Below, piece after piece: positions 39,821-50,095 of a stretch of DNA of 64,000 nt (its first letter is position 1; every line of letters begins with the position of its first letter). The notes beneath the pieces are model-generated. The model did not search any database, was not told where the DNA came from, and saw only the letters and a program-made list of their open reading frames with translations. This DNA comes from Candidatus Woesearchaeota archaeon (GTDB taxonomy: Archaea > Nanobdellota > Nanobdellia > Woesearchaeales > BS150m-G63): contig JADHVD010000006.1 of the NCBI GenBank assembly GCA_016784165.1, forward strand, positions 74-64,073, in the 5' to 3' direction. A program made the position numbers and the translations under genes.

Positions 39821-41836
39821 AGGAACTTGAGTCCATAAGGTCCAATCATTACTAGGTGAATAAGCACCAAACACATAATAAGGAGGTCTATCTTTTCCAA
39901 AATAACTCTGATGAACATCTGAAAATCTTGTTGGAGCTCCAGGGCTTACAGGTCCACTAGCACCATAGATTGAACTTCCAAAATGTTCCCAAGTTTTTGT
40001 TAATTGTCTAGCAGGCCCTTCTCCAAATGCTTCTGAAACCATACTTGCATCAAGCCCTTTTTCTTTCAAATACTCCAGCGCAGTTTTAATAGGCATTATT
40101 CCTTGACCTGCAGGAATATGTGAATCCCCCATCCCCATTGTATCTACAACATGAACGTGTCCAATTATATCTGCCTTTTCTAAATTTTTAATCTGATCCA
40201 TATACCATCCCTCGAATCGTTTAAATCTATCATCCCTAGTTTCTCCAGTCCTAGGTTCAAAATATTTCCACCACAACCCTAAATGAGCAGTATCGAGAGT
40301 TGCTCTAATATGCTCCTTAGCTTCTTTTTGTGCCTTTTTCTCGTTCCACCCACGATAATGAGGATTATTTACCATAACTGGTTTTCCTTCCACATTCAAT
40401 TTACCGCTTGGATCTTCTATTTGTTTATGTGTTAATGTTTTAACCATTTCTTTTCTTGCATTATGTACTAACTCAATCAATTCTTCTGGGTGTGTTCCAT
40501 AACCCATTTCAGGAAATAAATTTTCAGGAGCAATAAAAACAGGCCTATCTGTATTCCTAGCATTACTTTGTTCCATTGCAGTTATTCCTGCTTCAGCATA
40601 AGATTTCATACTTTGTTTTTTAGCATATCTATCAACAGGCATAGCATATTTACCCATTAATGCAGAAGTTTCTGCTTGTTGTTCCTGAGATACAGAAGCT
40701 TCGTGTGCAGATTCAATTTCATGTCTTGTTTTTTTTATTTGATCAGCTAAAATTTCTGGTATGGGTTTGTATTCCGAAGGTAAAAGTCCTCCAAAAGTGG
40801 ATGAACTCTCTTTCATTATTTTCCATTTATCTTCTTCGGGGAGTGATTCATCTAATTTATCATAAAATTCTTTTGCTTTTTTCAACTTCTCCAAATTTTT
40901 CTTTGAATCCTCAAAACCTCTTGCATATTGCAAAGCCCAACCTTTAGAATGCCCAACATTAGATTCAATTTGCGCATGTAAAAACGCTTCTTCAGTAGTT
41001 AATATTTCATCCTCATTAAGGGACCTACCTAACTTTTTCTCTTTTAATTTATTTCTTTCTTCAGCTTCTTTTTCAAAATCAGCCCAACTCATCTCTCTTA
41101 CTTTAAATCTACCTGATCCAGAATCAAAAACAGGGACTCTTTTTTCAATTCCTACAACTTCATTTTCATAATTAACATATTCCCCTTTATCGTTTTTCAT
41201 CCATTCTGGTCTATGCACTATCTGATTTTTTCTAACTTGATCAACCACTTTTCCAGTTCTACTATCTACAATAGGAATAATAGCCCTTTCTGCTTCTTCT
41301 AAATATCCTTTAAATAAATATTCTCCAGAATCATCTTTAGCCCATTTTTGTTCAGAAATTGGTCTAGCAAATTCACCTGTATGTACAACTACTGCACCAC
41401 CACCTGCAGCTTCTGCAGCAAATTGTATTGCTTTTTTTACTTCATCTAATTCTCTTTTTCGCGTATCATCATCAAAACCCCTTTCAGGACCAGTATAACC
41501 AGAAAGATTTCCTATTTGAGTGGGCGTATGAGTAGAAACAACTTTAATATCATTAGCTCGCTGTAACTCACGCAATTCTTCTCTTGCTTCTTTCCCATAA
41601 GCTTCAGCACCAACACCTTTATCACTCCCCTCCATCTGAGTAGAAAGTTCAACTGATCTGGCACCACTTCTTATCGCAGCCTGTATAGTATCTCTAAATG
41701 AACCCCCAACCCTACTTCCTTCAGAAACAGTTTGACCCATATCAGCAACACCAATTATTGGTTGCTCTAAATCATCAGCTCCACTACTTCCAAAATATTC
41801 TCTATCCATTGGAGTTGTATATTCATTAAATTTCAT
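39812..41836 (-). CDS. AP-endonuclease-2/xylose-isomerase-like TIM barrel with a large helical insertion
   Basis: VVVHTGE, APENL, TLDTAH, GHVHVVD, DSHIPAG, VSEAF metal-ligand pattern. Confidence 0.75.
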   Translation of the reverse strand: MKFNEYTTPMDREYFGSSGADDLEQPIIGVADMGQTVSEGSRVGGSFRDTIQAAIRSGARSVELSTQMEGSDKGVGAEAYGKEAREELRELQRANDIKVVSTHTPTQIGNLSGYTGPERGFDDDTRKRELDEVKKAIQFAAEAAGGGAVVVHTGEFARPISEQKWAKDDSGEYLFKGYLEEAERAIIPIVDSRTGKVVDQVRKNQIVHRPEWMKNDKGEYVNYENEVVGIEKRVPVFDSGSGRFKVREMSWADFEKEAEERNKLKEKKLGRSLNEDEILTTEEAFLHAQIESNVGHSKGWALQYARGFEDSKKNLEKLKKAKEFYDKLDESLPEEDKWKIMKESSSTFGGLLPSEYKPIPEILADQIKKTRHEIESAHEASVSQEQQAETSALMGKYAMPVDRYAKKQSMKSYAEAGITAMEQSNARNTDRPVFIAPENLFPEMGYGTHPEELIELVHNARKEMVKTLTHKQIEDPSGKLNVEGKPVMVNNPHYRGWNEKKAQKEAKEHIRATLDTAHLGLWWKYFEPRTGETRDDRFKRFEGWYMDQIKNLEKADIIGHVHVVDTMGMGDSHIPAGQGIMPIKTALEYLKEKGLDASMVSEAFGEGPARQLTKTWEHFGSSIYGASGPVSPGAPTRFSDVHQSYFGKDRPPYYVFGAYSPSNDWTLWTQVPLE

Positions 41837-42390
41837 CTTCCGCCCCTTATATAATTCAAGATTCCTTTAGAAGCATCCATAACATCACTTATCTCTTCAC
41901 TAGCAGTTTTATAAGTTCCAGATTTAATATCATTTGATTTATACTGCATAGCATAATTAATATCATTAAGTTGATCTTGTTGCTCAGAGGTAATATTTCC
42001 AGATTCTTTCACTTGATTATAAACATCCTTTACCCTATTATATAAATCACCAACTGCTTCCTTACTTAATTTATGTTGATATTGTCTATGTTTCTCAAGT
42101 TCTCCTTCACTTAATTGTTTTTTTTCACGCTCAACAACACTTTCTAAATTTCCTTCTTCCCCTTCAAAAAGTTTAGTTATATCAACTTGTTTAGGTTTTG
42201 GTGTTTCTATCTCATCTCTAAGTTCTTCTTCTTTCTTTATCTGGCTAACAGATTCTTCAATCAATTTATGAGCTTCTTCAATTTCTTTTTTCTTATTTTC
42301 TTCAAACTTTCTTAATCTATCAATCCTTTCTTCAGGAGACAATTTTTTAATATCTTCTAAATCATCCGCGCCTTTTTCTTCTTTAGCCAT
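41833..42390 (-). CDS. Coiled-coil hypothetical protein
   Basis: E/K-rich heptads; overlaps the TIM-barrel start; ATG at 42390 preferred. Confidence 0.75.
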   Translation of the reverse strand: MAKEEKGADDLEDIKKLSPEERIDRLRKFEENKKKEIEEAHKLIEESVSQIKKEEELRDEIETPKPKQVDITKLFEGEEGNLESVVEREKKQLSEGELEKHRQYQHKLSKEAVGDLYNRVKDVYNQVKESGNITSEQQDQLNDINYAMQYKSNDIKSGTYKTASEEISDVMDASKGILNYIRGGR

Positions 42391-42395
42391 AATAA

Positions 42396-43844
42396 TTACC
42401 AAGCAAGCATTTTATGTGCCTTCTTAAAATTCTTATAAATATTCCATGTAGAAACTCTGGCAGCTCCAACTGCAGAAGCCATTTCACCACTTAATTTGTA
42501 TTGACTTTTGGCATTTTTATCTTTTTTCTTCTTTTTATTTTTATCATCATCTTTCCTACCTGGTTCCATCCCAATCAAACTACCAAAAAGTTCCCCAAAC
42601 CCACTAACAACAGCAACAAAAGGATTATCTAATTTAGGTTTTTTAGATTTATTTTTCTTTTGCTGTTCAGGGGGGAGTAAATTTTCTTCGCCTGCTTCTA
42701 TCAAATAATTTCTCAACTCATCACCCAAAGATTCCATCGCAGCCTTTACAGAAGAATCTATTTCACCAATTAATTCTAAATTCTCGTCTTCCCTCATTTT
42801 AAGGTAATTTGCTATATCTTGATCTGTCCAAGCATAAGCTCTAAAATTAATAATTAATTTACCAACATGTATTGGCCCTTTATGGTGGTATTCTTGTTGA
42901 TGATAATCCATTTTAGGAGCAGTCCTAAACCAAAAATGTACCAAAGTGATTGAATTATAATCAGAACCTGGCTTAGGTTTTCTTTTTGCTAAATATTCAA
43001 CTTCAACAATACTCCCTTCAAAAGCAGAAACTAAATTAGGGTTTCTTTCAATATCTTTTTGATTCAATCTCATCCTTTTTATATTCAAAAGATAAGGTTT
43101 AACCCAATTCATATACATATGAATAATACTCCAATGTTGTCTAAGAAATTTAATTGTAAAAGTTCGCCTATTATTTAATTCTTTATGAGTGTGTTTTTTC
43201 CAAGTCAAAAAAGTTTTTAATTTCCTCATTAATACTTCTTTTACTTTTTTGTTAAAGTCTAATTTTTCAACAACCTCTTCTACTTGATTTGAATCAATAG
43301 GTTTCACCCCAAAAAACAAATCAGGCAAGGTTGCAAACTGTAACTCACGAGCCATCCCATAAACAGATGCAGGATTCTTAGCTCCACCTTCAACAAGATC
43401 AATCCAATATCCTTTCAAGGCAATTTCAGAAGCCAAATCTCTTTCATCAGTACTTTTATTATACATATCAAGCCTTTCATCAATCACTCTTAATTCTCTA
43501 ACTAACTGAAATAATTCCTTAACCATTTTACCAACAGTTGCCATAAACTGACTTACTTTATCCTGTTGTAACCCTAATCTAGATTGGGCAGACCCAAAAA
43601 AAGCAGATTGTTCAGAAGCAGAAAATAAATCAGTTACTTTAATCACTTCTGGGTGTCCACCTACAGGTCCGTGTTGTAAAAATTGCATAATCCAAAAATA
43701 ACTTTCTTCAACAGAATTATTAAATTTCTCATAAAGCAATTTATAATGACTTAAAGGATTAGGGTAACCCGTTTTTTCTATAGAACCAACTACTTCTTCA
43801 AATTTCTCCTCCTTCTCAACAAAATAATCTTCTACTTTTACCAT
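42396..43844 (-). CDS. Hypothetical protein
   Basis: 482-aa ORF heading a tight operon; no family recognised. Confidence 0.8.
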   Translation of the reverse strand: MVKVEDYFVEKEEKFEEVVGSIEKTGYPNPLSHYKLLYEKFNNSVEESYFWIMQFLQHGPVGGHPEVIKVTDLFSASEQSAFFGSAQSRLGLQQDKVSQFMATVGKMVKELFQLVRELRVIDERLDMYNKSTDERDLASEIALKGYWIDLVEGGAKNPASVYGMARELQFATLPDLFFGVKPIDSNQVEEVVEKLDFNKKVKEVLMRKLKTFLTWKKHTHKELNNRRTFTIKFLRQHWSIIHMYMNWVKPYLLNIKRMRLNQKDIERNPNLVSAFEGSIVEVEYLAKRKPKPGSDYNSITLVHFWFRTAPKMDYHQQEYHHKGPIHVGKLIINFRAYAWTDQDIANYLKMREDENLELIGEIDSSVKAAMESLGDELRNYLIEAGEENLLPPEQQKKNKSKKPKLDNPFVAVVSGFGELFGSLIGMEPGRKDDDKNKKKKKDKNAKSQYKLSGEMASAVGAARVSTWNIYKNFKKAHKMLAW

Positions 43845-43903
43845 CTTTTATTACAATCCATAATTCAAATATTTAAATTATTTTCTATTTAATTTATTTA
43901 TTT

Positions 43904-44173
43904 TTATGATTTTTTATAAATAGTGAGCATAAATCCCACAAGTTCTATTATTTGGGCACCAGTTTTAAGTGCGATATCTTCAGCAACTTCTTTTTTATTT
44001 TTACCTTCCATAAAAGATTTAACTAATTTTATTTTAACAAGTTCTTTTTTATTTAATTGAAGTTCAATTTCTTTAAACACTTCTTCATTAAATCCATTTT
44101 TACCTATCCAAACCATTGGTTTCAACAGTTTTGATTTACTCTTCAATTCTTTAATGGTGTTTTGGGTGTTCAT
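43904..44173 (-). CDS. yhbY: YhbY/CRM RNA-binding protein
   Basis: LKPMVWIGKNG...ELVKIK...AQIIELVG..LTIYK. Confidence 0.9.
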   Translation of the reverse strand: MNTQNTIKELKSKSKLLKPMVWIGKNGFNEEVFKEIELQLNKKELVKIKLVKSFMEGKNKKEVAEDIALKTGAQIIELVGFMLTIYKKS

Positions 44174-45926
44174 GTCCTATCCTCTTTCGCTTTTTTAATT
44201 CTTCAATATGTTTTAATTTTGCAACAATTAATTTATTCATGTTTTTAGCACTCTCCTCAAGCAATACAGAAACATATTCTCCGCCCAAAAAATGGGGTAA
44301 AATAACATAATCAGCACCAGTATCATAAAGTTCCAATGCGTTATCTATTTCTTCTGTTGTAACAAAAATTAATGCATCTTTATTTTGTTCTTTAACCCTT
44401 TGAATCAACATAATATTATAAGGTTGTGTTGATACTGTAGAAACAACAATATCTACACTTTTAAAATTCAATCTACTAATAGTTTCTAAATCACCAATAT
44501 CTCCATACAAACATGGTTGTTTCTTTTTAATAAAACTCTTAATAACTTCTGGATTATAATCAAGAACAAGCACATTTTCTTTTATTTTATTTAATGATTT
44601 TATAATACTATAACCAATCCTATTGACCCCTACAAGTACAACATCATATTTCATTTCTTTTGGAAGATATTCTAATTTTTTCTTATCTGATTTTATAAAA
44701 TCAAATACCTTTAATACTTTAGACATTCCTGTGTAAATTTGATTATCGTAATTAATAAAATAAGAAGCAGAAGTCATTGTTATCACTGCTAACATAACAC
44801 CTATTGAAAACAGATCTTGAGATATATGCCCCAAAATTAAACCTTGGGATAATATTATCAAAGAGAACTCACTTATTTGGGCAAGGGAAAGTGAAGCAAA
44901 AAATGATGTGCTTTTCATATATCCAAAAAGACTACAGATCAACATAATTACAATTGGCTTAAACACAACTATGAACAAAAAGAAAATTATCAGAGGTTTT
45001 AATATCCCCACACTTGGTTCAAGAAAAAATTCCATACCTAATGAAACAAAAAATAAAGTAGCAAAAAAATCTCTAATAGATTTTACTCTTCCAACAATCG
45101 CAATATTATAAGGTAAATTAGCTAAAGTTATCCCAGCAATAAATGCGCCAATTGCTATTGAGAATCCCAGAGAAGCCAATAACAATGAAAAAAAGAAGCA
45201 TACAGCCAATGAAACTAAAAATAACACTTCATTGGATTTAGCAGCAAAGGTGAATATTTTTGGAAAAATGAATTTACTCAAAAACACCGAAACAACCAGA
45301 ACAGAGATTATTTTAAACAGCGCAAATAAAAGCATTCCTACTGAAAAAGTATTGAATGTAGCCAACATGGATAACACAAACACGGCTATCACGTCCTGCA
45401 TTAATAAAATACCTATCACAATTCTTCCATGAAGAGTATTTAATTCTTTATTGTCCACAAGCAGTTTAACAACTACAACAGTGCTACTAAAGGCTAATAT
45501 TAATCCAACATAAATCGCTTCAATATGTAAAAAACCCATTCTCAAAGCAAAAATAGAACCAATCGTAAAAAGAATCAACACTTGCAAACTTCCACCAAGA
45601 GTTGCAATCATCCCTATATCTTTTAATTTTTTTAAATTTAATTCAAGACCTACAACAAATAGTAAAAAAGCAATTCCTATCTCTGCAAGAATCTTAATAA
45701 TACTTGGATCACTAACGAATATTCCACTTATATCAACCGCAAACCAAGATAAAAAAAGAGAAATCAATCCTACCTTCTCAGCAAGCATCAATCCAAAAGG
45801 ACCAACCACAAATCCAGCAAAGATATAAAATGGGATCTTTGGTTGATTAAGTTTTTTAGCAATAAACCCCAAAATAGCAGCTACAATAAATATTACCCCC
45901 ATATTTAAGAATATATTTTCCATCAT
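44151..45926 (-). CDS. Kef-type CPA2 cation:proton antiporter with RCK (TrkA_N) domain
   Basis: AEIGIAFLLFVVGLEL, SSTVVVVK, LLMQD, QISEF, VGVNRIG, YGD. Confidence 0.9.
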   Translation of the reverse strand: MMENIFLNMGVIFIVAAILGFIAKKLNQPKIPFYIFAGFVVGPFGLMLAEKVGLISLFLSWFAVDISGIFVSDPSIIKILAEIGIAFLLFVVGLELNLKKLKDIGMIATLGGSLQVLILFTIGSIFALRMGFLHIEAIYVGLILAFSSTVVVVKLLVDNKELNTLHGRIVIGILLMQDVIAVFVLSMLATFNTFSVGMLLFALFKIISVLVVSVFLSKFIFPKIFTFAAKSNEVLFLVSLAVCFFFSLLLASLGFSIAIGAFIAGITLANLPYNIAIVGRVKSIRDFFATLFFVSLGMEFFLEPSVGILKPLIIFFLFIVVFKPIVIMLICSLFGYMKSTSFFASLSLAQISEFSLIILSQGLILGHISQDLFSIGVMLAVITMTSASYFINYDNQIYTGMSKVLKVFDFIKSDKKKLEYLPKEMKYDVVLVGVNRIGYSIIKSLNKIKENVLVLDYNPEVIKSFIKKKQPCLYGDIGDLETISRLNFKSVDIVVSTVSTQPYNIMLIQRVKEQNKDALIFVTTEEIDNALELYDTGADYVILPHFLGGEYVSVLLEESAKNMNKLIVAKLKHIEELKKRKRIGHEHPKHH

Positions 45927-47002
45927 CTTGGTGTAACCTCTACATTAATTGTATCTATAGCAGTGTTATCAAACACATCTGTAACAGTCAAAGTGGCAAC
46001 TTTTGAGCCGTGTTGAATATATGTAAAATGAACTATTTCCCCTTCATCTTCTTTATCCCTTATATCTCCAAACTCCCAATGCCAACTAATTATTCTTCCC
46101 ATTGAATTAGATCCATCAAAAGCAACATCATTCCCAACCATCTCGGTTCTATCACCACCTGCATTAGCAATTAATTGATAAGGGGTTATCCCTACACTTG
46201 TTGTGGTTTTTCCTTCAAGTCCATCAACATCTGTAACAATTAATTCAACTTCATATTCATTAATATCACTATATATATGTTCAGTAGTTGATGATTCTGT
46301 AGTCTTGTTATTTCCATCACCAAAATTCCAGAAATACTGAGCAATTTCATCATCAATATCATGTGAACCAGAAGCATTAAAGAAAACCGGCATATATTGC
46401 ATTCCTTCTTCAGCTAACAATTGAGCTATAGGTCTTATTCTACATCCTTTTGGACAATCACAAGTGACTAAATACTGTTTATTCACAGCAATTGGCAATA
46501 AAAGGGTAGCATGTCCTCTCCCCATCATCAACACATTCAATACTTTATTTTGCACATCAAAACAAACATGTGGTTTACAGTTATAATCACCTAAAAGATT
46601 TACATTTCCAACATTAAAAGAATTATAAAAATTATCATCTTCATCGAATAAAAACATATTATTATCTGTAGTTTCAAGACTATCAACAATTAAGGGATAA
46701 TCCTCAAAAGAACCAGCACTCAAAATCTCTTCTCTTTTAGAAACATCCATAAAACAAACACGTGTAACAAAATTTGGCATAGTATATGATTCTTCAACAA
46801 CAGAACCAATATGAATTGCTTGTGCCTCTATATCTTTTTTAATGTTCTCTTGAAACAATATTATTTGGTGTTCGATATTTTTCTTACCAAAACCACTTAT
46901 AGCTTTAAACGCAAATAATAACATAAATCCAATAATTACTGCAACAAGAAGATACACAAAGATTTGTGACTGTATCTGTGCTTTTTTTAACCCCTTTTTC
47001 AT
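45923..47002 (-). CDS. Class III signal peptide protein with two PKD domains
   Basis: KKA/QIQSQIFVYLL; FNASGSHD..YFWNFGDG; FDGSNS..WHWEFGD. Confidence 0.82.
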   Translation of the reverse strand: MKKGLKKAQIQSQIFVYLLVAVIIGFMLLFAFKAISGFGKKNIEHQIILFQENIKKDIEAQAIHIGSVVEESYTMPNFVTRVCFMDVSKREEILSAGSFEDYPLIVDSLETTDNNMFLFDEDDNFYNSFNVGNVNLLGDYNCKPHVCFDVQNKVLNVLMMGRGHATLLLPIAVNKQYLVTCDCPKGCRIRPIAQLLAEEGMQYMPVFFNASGSHDIDDEIAQYFWNFGDGNNKTTESSTTEHIYSDINEYEVELIVTDVDGLEGKTTTSVGITPYQLIANAGGDRTEMVGNDVAFDGSNSMGRIISWHWEFGDIRDKEDEGEIVHFTYIQHGSKVATLTVTDVFDNTAIDTINVEVTPR

Positions 47003-47062
47003 ATTGATAAAGAATAAAGTCAGGGGATATATAAAATTTACTCAAAAATTCTAATAATTATC

Positions 47063-47899
47063 TCAAATTTTCCTTAATCTCTTTAACACAACAGGAATCT
47101 CATCAATAAAATCACTTGCAATAAAACCATATCCTGATTTTTTCAATAGTTTTTCACCAACAACACCATTAAGGTATGCTGCAGCACAAGCAGAATCAAT
47201 AAGATTGTTTCCTTGAGCCAAAAAACCAGCACATAATCCTGCCAAAACATCGCCTGTTCCCCCAACAGTCATTCCAGCATTGCCAGCATTATTGTATTCT
47301 ATCTCTTTTTTAGAAATTATCACATCTATCTTTCCTTTTATTAAAAGAATATTATTTTTAACAAACCCTGCAAGATCTTCATCCCTCTCTATTTTGATTT
47401 TACTATTTTTTAACAACTTAATAAGTTCAGCCCGATGAGGTGTGAAAACTGAATTCACAACTTTATTCATATCAACAGCCTTAATAGCATCGGCATCTAT
47501 CACTTTTGGTTTTTTTATTTTTTCAACGAGTAACTTAACAAAAGAAAATGTCTCTTTTTCGCGACCCAATCCAGGACCTATCAACACAACATCAAACTCT
47601 CTTGAAAGTTCAATAATTTCTTTCGCATGTTTAGATTCAAAATAATCACATTTAATTTTCTTAGTAATTAAATCAGAATTAACACTATTTATCGCCCAAG
47701 CAACTTTTTCTGGTGCCGTAACAGTAACTATATCAACACCTGTCCTAAGTACAGCCAATGCAGCACTTGCAGATAATTCCGCAGCACCGACATAATCTTT
47801 ACTACCTGCAACAACCAAAACTTTTCCAGAATCTCCTTTACGCGCATCTTTTTTTCTTATTTTAACAACTTTTTCAAAAATATCTTTTTTGATATACAT
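47063..47899 (-). CDS. nnrD: ADP-dependent NAD(P)H-hydrate dehydratase (YjeF C-terminal)
   Basis: KGDSGKVLVVAGS..YVGA, IGPGLG, VIDADA, FTPH, GGTGDVLAG. Confidence 0.93.
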   Translation of the reverse strand: MYIKKDIFEKVVKIRKKDARKGDSGKVLVVAGSKDYVGAAELSASAALAVLRTGVDIVTVTAPEKVAWAINSVNSDLITKKIKCDYFESKHAKEIIELSREFDVVLIGPGLGREKETFSFVKLLVEKIKKPKVIDADAIKAVDMNKVVNSVFTPHRAELIKLLKNSKIKIERDEDLAGFVKNNILLIKGKIDVIISKKEIEYNNAGNAGMTVGGTGDVLAGLCAGFLAQGNNLIDSACAAAYLNGVVGEKLLKKSGYGFIASDFIDEIPVVLKRLRKI

Positions 47900-47948
47900 A
47901 ATCTCTAATTAAGAAAAACTAATATATAAGCATTTGCACATTACTTAT

Positions 47949-48587
47949 ATGAATCACAAAATAAATCCAACAACATCAATATTATCAATCTTAATAATCT
48001 GTCTTCCAATAATTATTATTATCTCAAGCGCTAATTCTATAATCTTTAGTGATTCAACTTATATCACAATAAAAGAAACAGAATTCAAAGAAGAAACAAC
48101 AAACAATATCTTAAACTATTTCAAAAACAACCAAGAACTCTTAACCCAACCAGAATTTACTCAAAGAGAATTCACCCAAAAAGAATTCGCCCATATGGCT
48201 GATGTAAAAAAAGTAATCAAAAATATGAACTCTTTCCTCTTAATCAATATAATTCTCAGCACCCTATTACTCTTACATATCTCAACAAAACTAAATAATA
48301 AGGAATTTAAAAAATTCCTTTCCAAATACCTTAAAACAGGAGGCATAATCACTTTAATTATCATCTCAACATTATTTATTTTAACATTAAATTTTGACTT
48401 CACTTTTAATTTATTTCATTCACTATTATTTCAACCAGGAACATGGATTTTTCCAGAAAACAGTATATTAATTCAATTATTTCCCATAACTTTCTTTCAG
48501 CAAACTGCAATAGCTATTTTCAATAGAATCTTTATATCTGCAATGTTATTATTAATTGTTGGATTCTCTCTAAAAAAGCTAAAATAA
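47949..48587 (+). CDS. DUF1461/TIGR01906-like integral membrane protein
   Basis: EFAHMADVK, FDFTFNLFHSLLFQPGTWIF...LIQLFP. Confidence 0.8.
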   Translation: MNHKINPTTSILSILIICLPIIIIISSANSIIFSDSTYITIKETEFKEETTNNILNYFKNNQELLTQPEFTQREFTQKEFAHMADVKKVIKNMNSFLLINIILSTLLLLHISTKLNNKEFKKFLSKYLKTGGIITLIIISTLFILTLNFDFTFNLFHSLLFQPGTWIFPENSILIQLFPITFFQQTAIAIFNRIFISAMLLLIVGFSLKKLK

Positions 48588-48684
48588 TAAATATGTGTTG
48601 TAATGTATAGAAAAGTTTTTATAGAGGTTGCTATTATTAAATAGCAACATATTATATTTACTATATAATGGGGGTATTAGAAGA

Positions 48685-50028
48685 ATGAACAAAAAAAGAT
48701 TAATGGGTGTTTTAATTATTCTATTAGCTTTAATGCTGAATGGTTGCGTAAAACAACCTTATGAACCTTCTGGACTAATTACAATGCCAGAAGAATTAGT
48801 TTCTCAGGTGGAAAACATTCCTGTAGAAACACAAGAATTAGATGCAATAATTCAAATTGAAGAAGAAATAATTAGTTTAGAAAATGAAACAATTGTATTA
48901 GGAGATAACACTTTAATAGAGACTGAAGAAGAAGAAGAAGAAGAAGAAACTGAAGAATTAACTCAAATAAAAGTTGAAGATATTGCACAATCACTTCCAG
49001 CAGGAGTATTCAAAAAAATTACTGTAAAGGAAAAAGAAATTGTAACTCTTAATGTTAATGCTCAAGATCCAGATGGAAATCAACTGATGTATTTATTCAG
49101 TACTCCATTAAGTGAAGAAGGAGAATGGCAAACCAAGAGGGGAGATGTTGGTGAATATATTGTTAACATCACTGTTTCTGACGGAGAACTAGAAACAATG
49201 GCTAAAGTATTGGTTGTTGTAGAATCTATCAATAAAGAACCTATAATGGAAAAGATAGAAAATATCGCAGTAAAAGAAGGCGATAAAATAGTTCTTGAAC
49301 CAAAAGCAACTGATGGAAATGATGATACTATAGTATTCTCATTCTCAGGACTTATGGATTCAGAAGAATATGAAGTTAGTTACAATGATGTTGTATGTGA
49401 AGAAGAAGTATTCAACTGCTTAAAAATATTCACAACAACTATAACTGCATCTGATGGATTTTCAGAAGTAGTTCAAAATGTGGGAATAACAGTAACTAAC
49501 ACAAACAGAGCTCCATCACTTAGTGCATTAGAAGATATCACTATTGATGAAGAAGAACTTGTTGAAATTGAAGCATCTGCAACAGATTCAGATGGTGATG
49601 AAATAACATTTTCATTCACAGCTCCACTAGATGATCAAGGAAAATTACAAAGCAAGAGAGGAGATGTTGGTGAATACATAATCTATGTTACTGCATCTGA
49701 TGGTGATTTAAGCACTTCAGAAAAATTAACATTGACTATTAACAGTATCAACGAAGCTCCAATCTTAACAGTAATGGGTGATTTAGTAATTGATGAAACA
49801 GATACAATAACATTAAGTCCAACAGCAACTGATGCAAATAATGACACTGTAGCATTCACCTTTTCAGGATGGATGAATTCAAATACATTTGAAACAGGAT
49901 ACGATGACTCTGGAGAACACACAGTAACAATCACTGCAATGGACCAATATGGTGGAATCGATACAATGGATTTAACTATCACAGTTAATAATGTAAATAG
50001 ACCACCAGTGATAGTGGATGTTTCATAA
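48685..50028 (+). CDS. Lipoprotein-like protein with cadherin-like/Ig tandem repeats
   Basis: MNKKR...LALMLNG/C lipobox; repeated NxAP...A.D.DGD; (GAA)8 at 48925-48948. Confidence 0.8.
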   Translation: MNKKRLMGVLIILLALMLNGCVKQPYEPSGLITMPEELVSQVENIPVETQELDAIIQIEEEIISLENETIVLGDNTLIETEEEEEEEETEELTQIKVEDIAQSLPAGVFKKITVKEKEIVTLNVNAQDPDGNQLMYLFSTPLSEEGEWQTKRGDVGEYIVNITVSDGELETMAKVLVVVESINKEPIMEKIENIAVKEGDKIVLEPKATDGNDDTIVFSFSGLMDSEEYEVSYNDVVCEEEVFNCLKIFTTTITASDGFSEVVQNVGITVTNTNRAPSLSALEDITIDEEELVEIEASATDSDGDEITFSFTAPLDDQGKLQSKRGDVGEYIIYVTASDGDLSTSEKLTLTINSINEAPILTVMGDLVIDETDTITLSPTATDANNDTVAFTFSGWMNSNTFETGYDDSGEHTVTITAMDQYGGIDTMDLTITVNNVNRPPVIVDVS

Positions 50029-50095
50029 ACAACATAAATTTTTTTTATTTTTTTATTATTTTATTATTTTAAGTTAAGTTGGGGGTAAATAAAAA

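Noticed and set aside
48925-48948. (GAA)8 as a phase-variation tract
   Set aside because: A triplet repeat changes only poly-Glu length, not the frame.
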